Below, in pieces: positions 13,172 to 24,737 of a stretch of DNA of 64,000 nucleotides (position 1 is the stretch's first letter; each line of letters begins with the position of its first letter). The translations under genes were made by a program, and so were the position numbers. The DNA comes from Novakomyces olei (lineage: Eukaryota): assembly GCA_016906335.1 (NCBI GenBank), contig JADEYG010000004.1, positions 558,001 to 622,000 of the forward strand, written 5' to 3'. The notes beneath the pieces were generated by a model. It had not been told where the DNA came from and did not search any database. It worked only from the letters and a program-made list of their open reading frames with translations.

Positions 13172-14236
13172 ATGAATACGTTTGTGTCGTGGGCTATTTT
13201 CCTGTCCGTTTCAGCAGTTATTTACTACTCTTATTCCCAACCGGGGCTTGCACGAAAACAGACTTTGCCATCTGCGCCAGCAAAGCTGGATGGCAAGCCA
13301 GATGCAGAGAAAGACGGTAATTTGAAATCTAAACGACGAAAGAAGGCAAAATCTACCGCACAAAGCGTGAAGCCTGTTCAGACCGTGTCTGAGAAGGATG
13401 TCCCTGAGCCAAAAGAGAATCCCGAGGAAAATGCGTCTACGCAAGCAAACAAGTCTACTTTGCCAAACGTCAGTGTAGGAAAGGAAAATGTCTTGAAGGA
13501 GGCAAAAAGGCAGGTGGATAAGCCGGCAAGGGAGAATCATGCTTCCGGCAAGGGAGCAGCCAAGGATAAAAAGGATAAAAAGCCTGTAAAATCTTCTGCA
13601 GCACAAGACGGTCACTCGTTGGCTCTCGCAGCGGCGGTCAAGGCCGCACATGAAAGTGAAGCTTCAATTGCTCATGATACAGACGAAGATGAAGCAGACG
13701 TTTCATATACTAATTCGTCCTTTAACGAGAAATTTTCGAATGCTGCCGGGTCCCGATTCAAAGCCCTGAGGCTTTATGAGGAATCAGAGTTGGAAGGTTT
13801 CGAGACGGTGAAGAGACGCTCGCGCAACGCTAATGGAAACGCAAGCAATACTGCGAGCAAGCCAGTGGTCAGTGCTTCGAGCAGTACGAATCTGACCAAA
13901 AAACAGCGGGAGAATGCGGCCAAAAGGGAGAGAGAAAAGCTAATTAAGCGTGAGCAAGAACAAGAGCAGGTTTCAAGACGACTAGCTCACAGAAAAGATC
14001 TGCACAGATCCCAAATGGCTCCGTTTGTTAAAGCCGGCCCGACTAAATCGGTCGTTGTTTCAGACTCGGATGGATGGACTCAGGTAAACCGTTCTCGGTC
14101 TCGGCCTCAATTCTCAGAGCCGTCAAACAATGCAGATTTGACAGAGAAGGAAAAGAACCGCGTTGCCGACTCGAATGAAACTAGTGCAAAACCAGTACAA
14201 GACAAGGCTCCAGCAGCTCAGCTTTTGTGGGACTGA
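13172..14236 (+). CDS. Hypothetical protein with N-terminal membrane anchor, Lys-rich disordered region and coiled coil
   Basis: Long ORF from ATG 13172; hydrophobic SWAIFLSVSAVIYYSY; LTKKQRENAAKREREK segment. Confidence 0.75.
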   Translation: MNTFVSWAIFLSVSAVIYYSYSQPGLARKQTLPSAPAKLDGKPDAEKDGNLKSKRRKKAKSTAQSVKPVQTVSEKDVPEPKENPEENASTQANKSTLPNVSVGKENVLKEAKRQVDKPARENHASGKGAAKDKKDKKPVKSSAAQDGHSLALAAAVKAAHESEASIAHDTDEDEADVSYTNSSFNEKFSNAAGSRFKALRLYEESELEGFETVKRRSRNANGNASNTASKPVVSASSSTNLTKKQRENAAKREREKLIKREQEQEQVSRRLAHRKDLHRSQMAPFVKAGPTKSVVVSDSDGWTQVNRSRSRPQFSEPSNNADLTEKEKNRVADSNETSAKPVQDKAPAAQLLWD

Positions 14237-15561
14237 TTTGTTTCTGCTACTGTGAGAAACAATATTTACACAAGTTCAATTTTTAAACAGATCGAATACG
14301 AATTAAAGTAGGAGGTGCTTTGAGGCGGAAGTGAGCTGTGGTATCGAGTTGGGCACTTGAAGGGTGATAGTAACTGGGCAAAACCTGGGGGGAGGGGACA
14401 CCAAACATTTCGCTTGGCAGAAACATAGAGTCATGATTTTCCTTGGGCAGTCATTTACGAAGCAATCCAACCCTGAATCTAATCGGATACAAATGCTTCT
14501 TATAAAAAGTGGAGTTTACGCATATAATCATCGACTGCCGAGTCGATGTATTTTTGATTGCATTATATAAAGAAAATCTAAGTAGAATACAAGCAATGAA
14601 ATTTTTGAAGTTTTGAAAACGAATTCACAGACACATTTGGCCTTTACATTATACAACTTTACATAGAATTACTAGCAGCTTTATGTACGAAATACAAACA
14701 GTTTGTATCATGCTTATAATGGGTGTAGAATTGGAATCCCAGAGCGAGTAAAATTATAATAGTACAAGGATGAAATACATAATTAAATGAACAATCAAAC
14801 GAGAAATAGTTATTTGGATATTTGATCGATTATGTTCCCGAGAAACGGGGACTCGGTCCCGTTTTAGCGGCAATTTTGGACACTTGTCCCACCTTTAAGA
14901 TTACTTAAAAGTGATTCTGCCTTTGGCATAGGAGAAAAAATCTCCTCCAAGTAATGGCTATAAAAAGTAAATCATGGCAGTAACTCATGAATTTGTCAGC
15001 ACGGACTTGTCAAGGATGTACTTGATTGAAGGACGGCCTATTCTTGTAAGCCAACGACTGAAAAAAAAGTCACTCAAACATAAAACGAGATTACGCAATT
15101 GACTGTGAATAGTGGTCAGTTTGCCATACACGCTTTACATCAGCGCCAGACTTGAATTAAAAAAATGGTATTATATTATATCTGCTTGACTGTTTTATCT
15201 GTATCATCTATCATATGCCAAATGTAGATCCAAACATAGGAAAAAGGCAGGTGTCAGGGTCCACACTAAAAGTTGCATTAAATGGGGCTGTTTAGGCCCA
15301 ATTTTAGTGTGGATGATTGATAACGGCGGAACTCTACGCATATAAGCCTTTGTATTTCACAAATTCCGTACAATATTAGCGACAGTATCGCTACGCCACG
15401 CCATAACCCAAACTCGGTAATGGCCCTTCAAGCACCAATGACATCATACCTCTCGCTTAATACGACGACAGGAGTATTATAAATATACGCGGACAATCGG
15501 GCTTCAAAGCACTAATCAATCCATTTACTTTGCGACAGTCCGAGCAATCTTACCAATTATA

Positions 15562-15816
15562 ATGGCCGACAGCAAACCTACTACTGGCGCCGGCGCTCAA
15601 GGCGGCAGCGGAGGCATGGATGCCTTGGACAAGGCTGTTGATTTTGGAACGAACAAGGCGGGACACAAGACGGACCGTAAAACAACAGAGAAGATCAGTG
15701 ATGGAATTCGTTCTGCTTTCAAGAAGGTAAAATTTGCAAAGTTTTGGGACAGTTGTGGAGTTTTACTAATTGACCAGGTGTCTGGGAAAGATGTGCCTAT
15801 CAAGGACCAGGATTGA
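15562..15816 (+). CDS. Small hydrophilic protein, about 67 aa after removing intron 15727-15777
   Basis: Good start context; GTAAAA..TACTAAT..CAG intron; DALDKAVD...EKISDGIRSAFKK|VSGKDVP resembles small uncharacterised fungal proteins; TATA-like TATAAATA upstream. Confidence 0.7.
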   Translation: MADSKPTTGAGAQGGSGGMDALDKAVDFGTNKAGHKTDRKTTEKISDGIRSAFKKVKFAKFWDSCGVLLIDQVSGKDVPIKDQD

Positions 15817-16260
15817 TTTTCTGCGCAACGAGTGCATAATTGTATTTTTACTGTGAATAAATTCGTGATTTTAATCATTCACGCAAGTGCAAATTGACAG
15901 CTGACATCTCTATACGTACTTTTTTATTGTCTTCACAATTGCCTTCACATTCATGGAGATCTGTACTTTCTACAATAGAATAAGTCGTTAGAGAATAGAG
16001 TTGTCGCGGTGTTCATTTGGCTGTTATACCGGATTTTAATATAATAAACAGGAATTTAATTTTGATCAGAGATTTAAACATAAACAGATATTAAATATAA
16101 GCAGTAGCAAGCCTCGTATGGCGGCATACTTGTATACACGGCCAAGTAACATGAGCCAAGAAGCAGATAAAAGTAATATACGTGCGTGAGGTATAATTAC
16201 ATCATAGAAATAAAAGCCATAAAGCACGCAAGACTCGCGTCCCCACACGTCGCGTCGAAA

Positions 16261-17366
16261 ATGTTCAACAAACTTAAAGATGGAGCAAAGTCGCTGGGCG
16301 AGCAAGGAAAAAAGGGGTTTGATGCCACGTGGCGCGGAATGGATAAGTTAGTAGGAGGGCCAATGAACTCGTTGGGCGCTAAATTGGGCGCTGAATCTTT
16401 TTGGCCTACGTCACTAGACAAGGAGTGTATTAAGGCTGCTCGAATTCTGCGCACGTTTACGTGTAAGTTTGATTTAGTATTGACGAATGATTAAACGGAA
16501 TTGCTAGTATTCAAATGGACTTGTGCATGAACGTTTATCTGTTCATTCACGTTTCTTTTTCCCTTCTGTCTTGCTGCCTTTTACTAATCCAAACTTCAGC
16601 TGATGGTGTCCCCGTCGAGGAACAGCAGCACACGGTTTTGCGTACGATTCCTGAAAAAGTGTGTATTCCTTTTAATTGGAAAGAAACTAACCAAGCCAGG
16701 TTTTGCAAGAGGCTAAAGGTGTTGCGATTTTCACCGTATTCCGAGCAGGCTTTATATGGTCGGGCGCAAGTGGATCAGGAGTAGTTTTGCAAAAAAATGA
16801 AGATGGAGAATCCTGGAGTGCACCCAGCGGCCTCCTCGTTCATACTGTCGGCTTTGGGTTTCTGGCTGGAGTCGGTAGGGCTACTAAACAATTCGCGTGG
16901 AAGCTAATAGTCAGATATCTATGACGTAGTGCTGATTCTTCGCAACGAAACAGCGGTCAACAGCTTCAAGAACCCTAAAATAACATTGGGTGGCGAAGTG
17001 TCCGCTGCTGCTGGTCCTTTAGGTGGCGGAGGAGCATTGGAAACGGGCATTGAGGCCTCGCCTTGCTGGTCATACACAAAATCCCGGGGGCTATACGCTG
17101 GAGTTGCACTAGACGGTACTATAATGATTGAGCGCAGTGACGAAAATGAACGATTCTACCATCAAAGGGTATCTGCATCTGCTATCCTTGAGGGTAAAGT
17201 GCCAATGCCTCCAGAGGCAGAAGGATTAATGCAAACTCTACGCCGAGCAGAGGGTAAGGAGTCGGCGACCGACAAAATCCCGCAAGGCGCAGCACCCAGC
17301 GATCAAGACAACAAGGTACCTCAGACAGAGGAGGAATTGAAGAATGAAGAGGCGAGAGTACAGTAG
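16261..17366 (+). CDS. SYLF (DUF500)/Ysc84-like domain protein lacking SH3; 4 exons
   Basis: FWPTSLDKECIKAARILRTF, AKGVAIFTVFRAGFIWSGASGSGVV, WSAPSG, GGEVSAAAGPLG, YTKSRGLYAGVALDGT, NERFY. Confidence 0.85.
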
Positions 17367-17519
17367 TGTTGGTATTGCATAAATCAAAATTATTGTGTGC
17401 GCAAACAAGTTCAGGGTTAGGGTCATTGACTTGAAAACGTAGTATAGGTTCAGTGTAAATTGTTATGGTATGGTAGGGTTAGGGATAACTAGACGCTAGC
17501 AAATGAAATATTGATTGAT

Positions 17520-19069
17520 TCACGCTAAACTACTTGCGTCCGCCACGTTTTGCACGTACGCGGCGTAAAGCTTTATGCCTCCGATATAATTCGAAATATT
17601 CAATTTCTCATTAGTGCTGTGAGCACCGTCATCACCACGGCCCATCGGCAGCAGTAGGACACCCTTGCCCAATGACTCTTCAAACGCGATTGTTACTGGA
17701 ATTGATCCGCCTTCACGGATCAAGTCCGGGCTTACTTTCCAGACCTGCTCTGTTGCTTTACGGGCGGCCAAGTAATGGCCATTGTCCGGCGATGTGACCC
17801 AGGGACGGCCTCCGTGTAAATCACCAATTGTCAACTTGTTCTTTGATCCCAATTTTGAAAATACAGATCGAATGTGTTCGCTAACAACCTTGAACGTTTG
17901 AGATGGATCCATGTCTGGCACAAGCCTGATACTGAATTTACCTGAAACTGATGCGGGAATGACCGTCTTTGCTCCAGGAGCATAGAATGCACCCTCAATC
18001 CCGTGTAGACTGAGAGACGGGTACCTCCATCGAGCCATTAAAGCGTCCTTCGGGTTATCGTGAATAGCCACGGGTCCACCAGCATTTTCTTCAAGATCAC
18101 GGATTGTAAAATCAATATTGTCGTACAGCGCTGACTCGGCAGAGGTCAATTTTGCGACTTGATCATATATGCCAGGGATAGTAATATGGCCATCTGGCTT
18201 CACTAACGAAGCAAATATATGACTCAGATCTGTCATGGGTTCATGAACAGTTCCGCCAAAGGCTCCGGAATGCAAATCTGCTCCAGGTCCAGATATTTTG
18301 ACTTCAAAATAGGAAATGCCACGAAGCCCATAAGTCAGAACAGGTTTGCGTGCAACCAGCCAGTAATTGTCGACAATTGTAGTCGCATCTATACCTGCAA
18401 AGTATTGCTTGGCTTCCTGCGCTATAAACTCTTCCAGACCGATACTGCCAGATTCCTCCATACCTAATTTGTGTTAGTGGGCAAAAGAGAAAAAAAAAAG
18501 GAAAAAAGGAAAAAGAAGGAAGTGAAAAATACCTTCAAAACACATTTTCAAGTTAATAGGAAAATCAACTCCCGCTTTCTGAAACGCTTCAATCACGTTG
18601 AGCCAAGCGACCAAAGGCCCCTTATCATCAGTTGATCCACGACCAATAAGCTTGTCATTGGCCTCGTCCTCGATCATGCGAAAAGGATCGCCCGGCCAGC
18701 CATCGCTTTCTAGAGCAGGCTGTACATCATAATGATTATAGATCAGGATCGTCCTTTTTTTCGGGTCAGTGCCGTACTGCCCTACAACAATAGGCGGCAA
18801 TTCCACCTGCTGACCTTCCAGCTCTTGCGTCTTGAGCGGATTCGGCCGCACTTCCATCTTGGCTCCAAGTTTCTCAAACTCTGATTTGACCCATTCTGCC
18901 ATACGAAACACCTGAGATCGATGCTCAATATCGGCTGAGACGGAGGGAATTGCTAATGCTTCTCCCAAACGCGCGATAAATCGCGGCCGTTCCGCGTCAA
19001 TGCTTTCACATTTAGATTTAAACCAATTTCAAAGACTTACATTTTAGAGATTCTATCATAAGCCGACAT
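17520..19069 (-). CDS. DUG1: M20 Cys-Gly metallodipeptidase Dug1/CNDP2; 3 exons
   Basis: HYDVQPA, GRGSTDDKGP, FEG|MEESGS, DLHSG, REGGSIP, DDGAHSTNEK; first intron 19040-19003. Confidence 0.93.
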
Positions 19070-19605
19070 TCTGCGATAGTAACAAGAAGCGTTGCGTTGC
19101 GTACTGCTAAAGTGTCAGCAAGTCTCAAGATTTGCGTATACTCGTTACACAAAGTAGTGCCTTGTTCGTGTTGCCGCACTAAACATGCGTGCGTATATAT
19201 AAAGTTGGAAATTGCGTATAATAATAACGGATTATTAGGTATTTATTGGTAAGGCAAACTGGCGGAATCTGATTAATGACCGACTGCTTCCCCATATTTT
19301 TGGAGATAACGAAATTTATATGGGCAACATTAGAATAACTCCAAGCAGACAAACGGTATTATATTTGGAGGTTTGGAGGGACGAGTACTCACTCATATTG
19401 CGAATATACGTATACGTATATACGTACTTGATTCTTTTTTAGTTTTTCTTTATTACGCAGTTTCCGCGTTTACGTCTGCTAGAAACACATAATAAATTGC
19501 ACATATATTGACAATTAGCATAGCACATATTGTATAGCAGAGCACATAGTGTATTTAATAGCAGAGCATTGGTATTATAAGCAGAGCACATGTCAGTATA
19601 GGACA

Positions 19606-20251
19606 ATGTCAGAGACAGAGCTGCAGGTCAGCTCTGTCGTATCGCGGCCGACGACTGAGGAGACGAGAGACGAGCCGAATTCAGTATTGCAAAAGGAAGC
19701 AGAGCCACAAATTGAAGGCAAAAAAAGACCACGAACGGACGAGGCCGAACGGGGCCGTGGAAAACGGTTATTTGGTGGATTGCTAGGCCAGTTGGGGAAA
19801 TTTGAGAGCGAAAGCAAAAGCGAAGCTGCCAAGCAGCGCTCGGAGCGAAGGGCGCAAGTAGAGCAAAGACTGCAGGAACGATTAGAGCGGGAAAAGCAGC
19901 AAGTTTCTGCTGATGTAGAAGAAAGAAAAAGACAAGAACGTGAAACACGCTATACTGATCACGAACGGCAAACACGTGAAGCTGTCGCTGAGCAGGTAAT
20001 TGTCTAGCTTTGTTTTATTGAATTATTTTTATTAACTTGTTTTTATTAAATTGTTTGATTTGAATTATATCTGACTCTGCTAGCAACGGGCAACATTACA
20101 ATCTGAATTGGATTCTTCTCATTTTTTAAAAACACGGACGCGGCCTGCCATATATTACAAACCGTGGAAGACTCTACCTTCTCAGCAAGAAGAAATTGAG
20201 GCTAATGTGGACAAAGCGCAAGAACGTCTTGATGCTTTAAGCGATGAATAG
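19606..20251 (+). CDS. Pinin/SDK/MemA-domain protein; exons 19606-19995 and 20084-20251
   Basis: RGKRLFGGLLGQL, coiled coil, and FLKTRTRPAIYYKPW. Confidence 0.85.
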
Positions 20252-20427
20252 GGAATTGGAGTATTCAGGCTGCCGGTGGGAGAGCCGAATTGAGCATGTA
20301 ACGATCTGCAAAAGTGGCCCATAGATTGAGTATACGCTCATTATAAACTTGTATGTACATTTGCACTCGTAAATAAATGTAAATTGGTTTAATTTACATA
20401 TACAAATTATCGTTCCAAAATTTGGCA

Positions 20428-21783
20428 TTACGCCAATTTGTAAGTCTCGTGCGACACTTTCTCCAAAAAGTCACTTAGTTCGAGTTCACATAACACGAGG
20501 CGTAACGACAATCGCGCCGTGTCGCCCGCTGTAAAAGCCGCCATACAGAGGGGACGCAAGTGCACATTTTGCCACAATGATTCTACTGTGAATTGCTTGT
20601 TGGTATTAGCAAAAGCTCGAATGCCTTCCAAAAGTTTTCGCTTTGCTTGTTGAGGGTCCATTATTTCCTTTAATACAGGTTCAGGCACTGGATCCAGCTC
20701 CGTATCGCTATCATCGCAGACCTTGCAATACGAATTTCGCCTTTTCTGTAGTGTCCCATCAATAACAAGTTCACACAAGACAAGATCAAGTGTGCGACGG
20801 TACAATCTAATCGTTGACGGGCCTATTGAGGAGTCAGACAGGCCTAGTAGATGCACCAGTTCTGTAGGATCGTGCTCTATGCCATCATCAAAAATAGATA
20901 GCAGCCGACGTTTCATTTGACAAGCATCCATATGAAAAGAGCCCGATTTTCCTGGATTCAATACGACTTTAGAGAGACCATCTCCCCATCCACCCGAATT
21001 CTTGATACCATCTTTAGTCTCTTTTGGATTGGAAAGTGCGCCTAAACTGTCTGCAACCGTTTCCCTGGCCGAAGCATCCTTTCGACGTCTATCCTGATGG
21101 CTGTGCCTTATTTCTAAAGAATTATCCTGTTTAATGTCCCGAGTTTGTTTAGCCGTTTTCGTTTCCAAAACCGCGTCCCCGCTACGATCTACTCTATTCC
21201 CATCAACAGTTGGATCGACTCGCGTGCTACAAAAAGCAGCCCTATCCTTGGCGCATACACTGCCTTCGTCGCCAGTCTCGCAGATCCACGGATGAGCAAG
21301 AAGAGTCCGCTTCAATTGGGCTCGAGCCGTCCAAGCCGTGTACTCAGCAAGACCATTCTTGGAATAGTCTAAATGCGCGGCCATAACAAAGCGAAATCGA
21401 TAGCGCTGCTGCAGTTCTCCGCTGGCCCGAACAAACTGACCTACGCAGATGGGAGCTTCAGTCTGCTCGTATTCCTTATCAACCATTGATCTCAACTCGG
21501 GTGCCTCAATCGCGACTTCAATAACGGCTCCGCTTGAATCATCAAGCGTGACTGTCGTTCTGCTCTCTTTTGTGTCTATGGCAACAACAATGCCGACTAC
21601 CTGCACCCATTTTATGGGATGATTAAGGTGGAAATACACATTGATTCCGGGGTAGAGCTCAGCGTGTGTCTCCAGCGCGTACACGTCTTTTGCCCATAGT
21701 TTGACTCGAGATCGAAACACGGGAGACTGACGAAAACACTGCAGCGGGTAAAAGTCAAGGCCACGTTTTCGCGCAGGTTTCAT
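20428..21783 (-). CDS. STN1: CST complex subunit Stn1 (OB fold plus C-terminal winged-helix-like region), intronless
   Basis: FYP..CF..SP, YFHLNHPIKWVQVVGIVVAID and TLDDSSGAVIEV are typical of the fungal Stn1 OB fold. Confidence 0.8.
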   Translation of the reverse strand: MKPARKRGLDFYPLQCFRQSPVFRSRVKLWAKDVYALETHAELYPGINVYFHLNHPIKWVQVVGIVVAIDTKESRTTVTLDDSSGAVIEVAIEAPELRSMVDKEYEQTEAPICVGQFVRASGELQQRYRFRFVMAAHLDYSKNGLAEYTAWTARAQLKRTLLAHPWICETGDEGSVCAKDRAAFCSTRVDPTVDGNRVDRSGDAVLETKTAKQTRDIKQDNSLEIRHSHQDRRRKDASARETVADSLGALSNPKETKDGIKNSGGWGDGLSKVVLNPGKSGSFHMDACQMKRRLLSIFDDGIEHDPTELVHLLGLSDSSIGPSTIRLYRRTLDLVLCELVIDGTLQKRRNSYCKVCDDSDTELDPVPEPVLKEIMDPQQAKRKLLEGIRAFANTNKQFTVESLWQNVHLRPLCMAAFTAGDTARLSLRLVLCELELSDFLEKVSHETYKLA

Positions 21784-21882
21784 TGGCGCCAAAATTCACA
21801 CACAGCCGCATTTTAGACGTGGTGTTTCATGACATTGGCTATGGACGATGGCCATTTTCGATTGGATATTATATACAGGTTG

Positions 21883-21932
21883 ATAAAATAAATAAATAAA
21901 TAAATAAATAGATAAATTAATAAATAAATAAA

Positions 21933-22028
<96 letters not shown>

Positions 22029-22030
22029 AT
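21883..22030. repeat. (TAAA)n microsatellite, about 150 bp, in the STN1/CMR1 divergent intergenic region
   Basis: Near-perfect tetranucleotide repeat. Confidence 0.97.
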
Positions 22031-22148
22031 ACCACCAATAACCATGCAAACGATTAGACTAAATTAAATAAAATAATAAAAACCACAACGACGGATTATT
22101 TGTTGCTGCGCGCGTAGTTTGATTACAAAGAGGCCGACAAGCGCAGAA

Positions 22149-24191
22149 ATGCGCGGAGCCACCAATGGGCTTTCTGGTATTGCACAAAAAGATCCAATTA
22201 AAAACACGTTACGAGTTCGAGATTAATACCTACAGAATTTGAGTTGGCGCGGCAGGAAAAAATTCGACAGAATGAAGCTTTATTAAAGTACAAAAGGCAG
22301 TCGAATGATCTATAATACTGATTAATTGTACAGGCAATTAGAACTACAGAATGCGTCGGATCGAGTCTCAGGCCGGCCAAAACCGGCTCCGCGGCCAAAA
22401 GCACGTCAAAATAAGACAAAAGAGAGCACACCCGAACGTGTTCAGCCGCGTCGTATATCGAGCCGTTTGCAGGGCATTGAAGCCGATTCCGAAGTGGCTA
22501 AAAGAAAAGCAGAGGAGGATGAGCGTGCTCGACGGGAAGAAATAGAAGCCAGAAAACGGAGGCGAATGGAAGACTATGATTTACGCGAATCAGACGCGTT
22601 GGGTTCCAGTGCAACTGGACTGTTTGACGAATTGGCTCATACTTTTAGCGGTCAAACTGTTAAACAGGAGCCTATGCAAGACGTTCACAATGGAGTCATT
22701 GACGAAATTAAAAAGACAGACGTTACAGAAAGACCGGCGAAAAGGAGCAAAGAGCATATCCCTGTCAAAGAGGAAGGAAAAGAAACAAAATCTAACCTTG
22801 CAAGTCTTCGTAGAGACTTTGAAGAACTAGAACTTTATGATCGTTGGGCCCCGAGTGACATAAAGATAACACAGGAAAGAATCTACTCTATAGCTATGCA
22901 CCCAACGGAAGACAAGAAGCTGGTGTTTGCTGGGGACAAGGGCGGGTACCTGGGAATATGGGACGTTGAAGCTTCTATGCCAGCTGACACTGTAAATAAA
23001 CAGGCAAATGAAGATGAAGAAGAGAAGCAAGAAGAACCTCTAATACATAATTTCCAAGTACACACGCGTCCAATAACTGGATTAGTGACAGATCCAGCGG
23101 ACTCGACAAAACTGTATACTGCGTCTTACGACGGATCGATACGGGCATTGGATTTAGTCCATGCTAGGTCAAGTGAGGTGTTTGGGATGCCCGATGCCAA
23201 TGATAATAGTGTACCAATCAGTTCAATAGACTTGCGACAGGAAGGCCAGGTCATTGTGTTTTCCTCATTGAATGGTCATTTTGGTATTAAAGATGTGAGG
23301 GCAAAGCAGGCAAATATTTTGGAGTTGCAAGAACGAAAGATTGGGACAGTCTCCCTGATGCCTTCGAAGCCACATTTAATGGCTAGTGCCTCGCTAGATC
23401 GAACACTTTCTATTTGGGATATTCGGAAGCTATACACATCGGCAAAAACACAGACACCTCAGTTATTAGCTCAGTATACTTCGACAAAGTCCATTTCTAG
23501 TGCTTATTGGAACACGGGTGGCAGCCTACTCTCTACTTCTTATGATGATACACTTGGCATTTTTACCGGGGTTGATTCCACAGTGCAACAGACTGTACTG
23601 GACAAGACTTTGGAGATTGATCCGACTCATATCGTACGGCACAACAATCAAACAGGCCGATGGCTTACTGTCTTCAAAGCACAATGGCAAAGATACGCGC
23701 CCATTAATGCTCAAAAGTTCGCTGTTGGTAATATGAACAGGTGAGTTTGGCAATGGTTAGATACATAGGGAAAGCAAGAATAAAACACTGGAAAAGACAC
23801 AAAAAGACAGAAAGAGAAAAGCTAGAGTAAACAAGGAGAAGAAAAAAAGAGAAGAAAAAAAGAGAAAATAAAAGGCGCGTTCTGAATGTAAACATTACTA
23901 ATCATGATAGAGCAATCGATATTTACGATGAGCGCGGAAATTTAATATCGCGCTTAAGCGACGCAGAACTTATTACAGCTGTAAGATATAAAAGAAGAGA
24001 AAGACTTTACGAAATATAAAAATACATATAAAAATATATGTGTATATACATATTATTCAATTATCATAAGATGCTGATTTCAGGTTCCTGCTGTCTGCCA
24101 ATTTCATGTATCCCGAAACTGGGTGGTTGGCGGCACTGGATCGGGCAAGGCTGTCGCTTTCTTTCCCAAAGGTGACCTCAACCTTCGGTGA
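22149..24191 (+). CDS. CMR1: WD40 DNA-damage-binding protein Cmr1/WDR76; 5 exons
   Basis: N-terminal LSEFELARQEKIRQNEALL, PRRISSRLQG, KITQERIYS, HNNQTGRWLTVFKAQW, and last exon VPAVCQFH..GGTGSGK. Confidence 0.9.
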
Positions 24192-24737
24192 AAACCTTTT
24201 GGTTTCGCTGGCTTATAAGCTTTCAGCAGCAGAGCTTCAAGAGTCAGTTTGGGCCTGGCTTTGCAAATGCATAGCAAAATTCGAGCTGCGTGCTCAGATT
24301 TGTATAGGAATCATTAAAATATAGAAAAAACCGGTCAATTTTTGTTTGCTCTATACGCAGTTGTGGTAAATTTTGGGTGCAGCACTCTGCATCTTTAGAA
24401 TAGGGTATGCAGACAAATTGAAAGACCTAAAGAATTCGCCCAATTCTTCATACGTAGACTTTGGCTCAACTAAAGTGCACGGGTACCCGTCCGTCTATTA
24501 TACTTTTATAGTATTACCTGTGAACAAATAGCATTGACTCGTATTTATTAACGCAGCACCCTATATAATAATTGTATTAAAATAATTATCATACTACAAT
24601 AATAGCTATACTACGATAATAAATATATATTACACAGGGTTTTCTACTGCCATAAGATCCTAAGGCCAGTCCGGCCAATTCCACTGACAGCCTCATCGTA
24701 GGAAGCAAAACGCCAACAAAGGCGGTTGTGATTCGCA

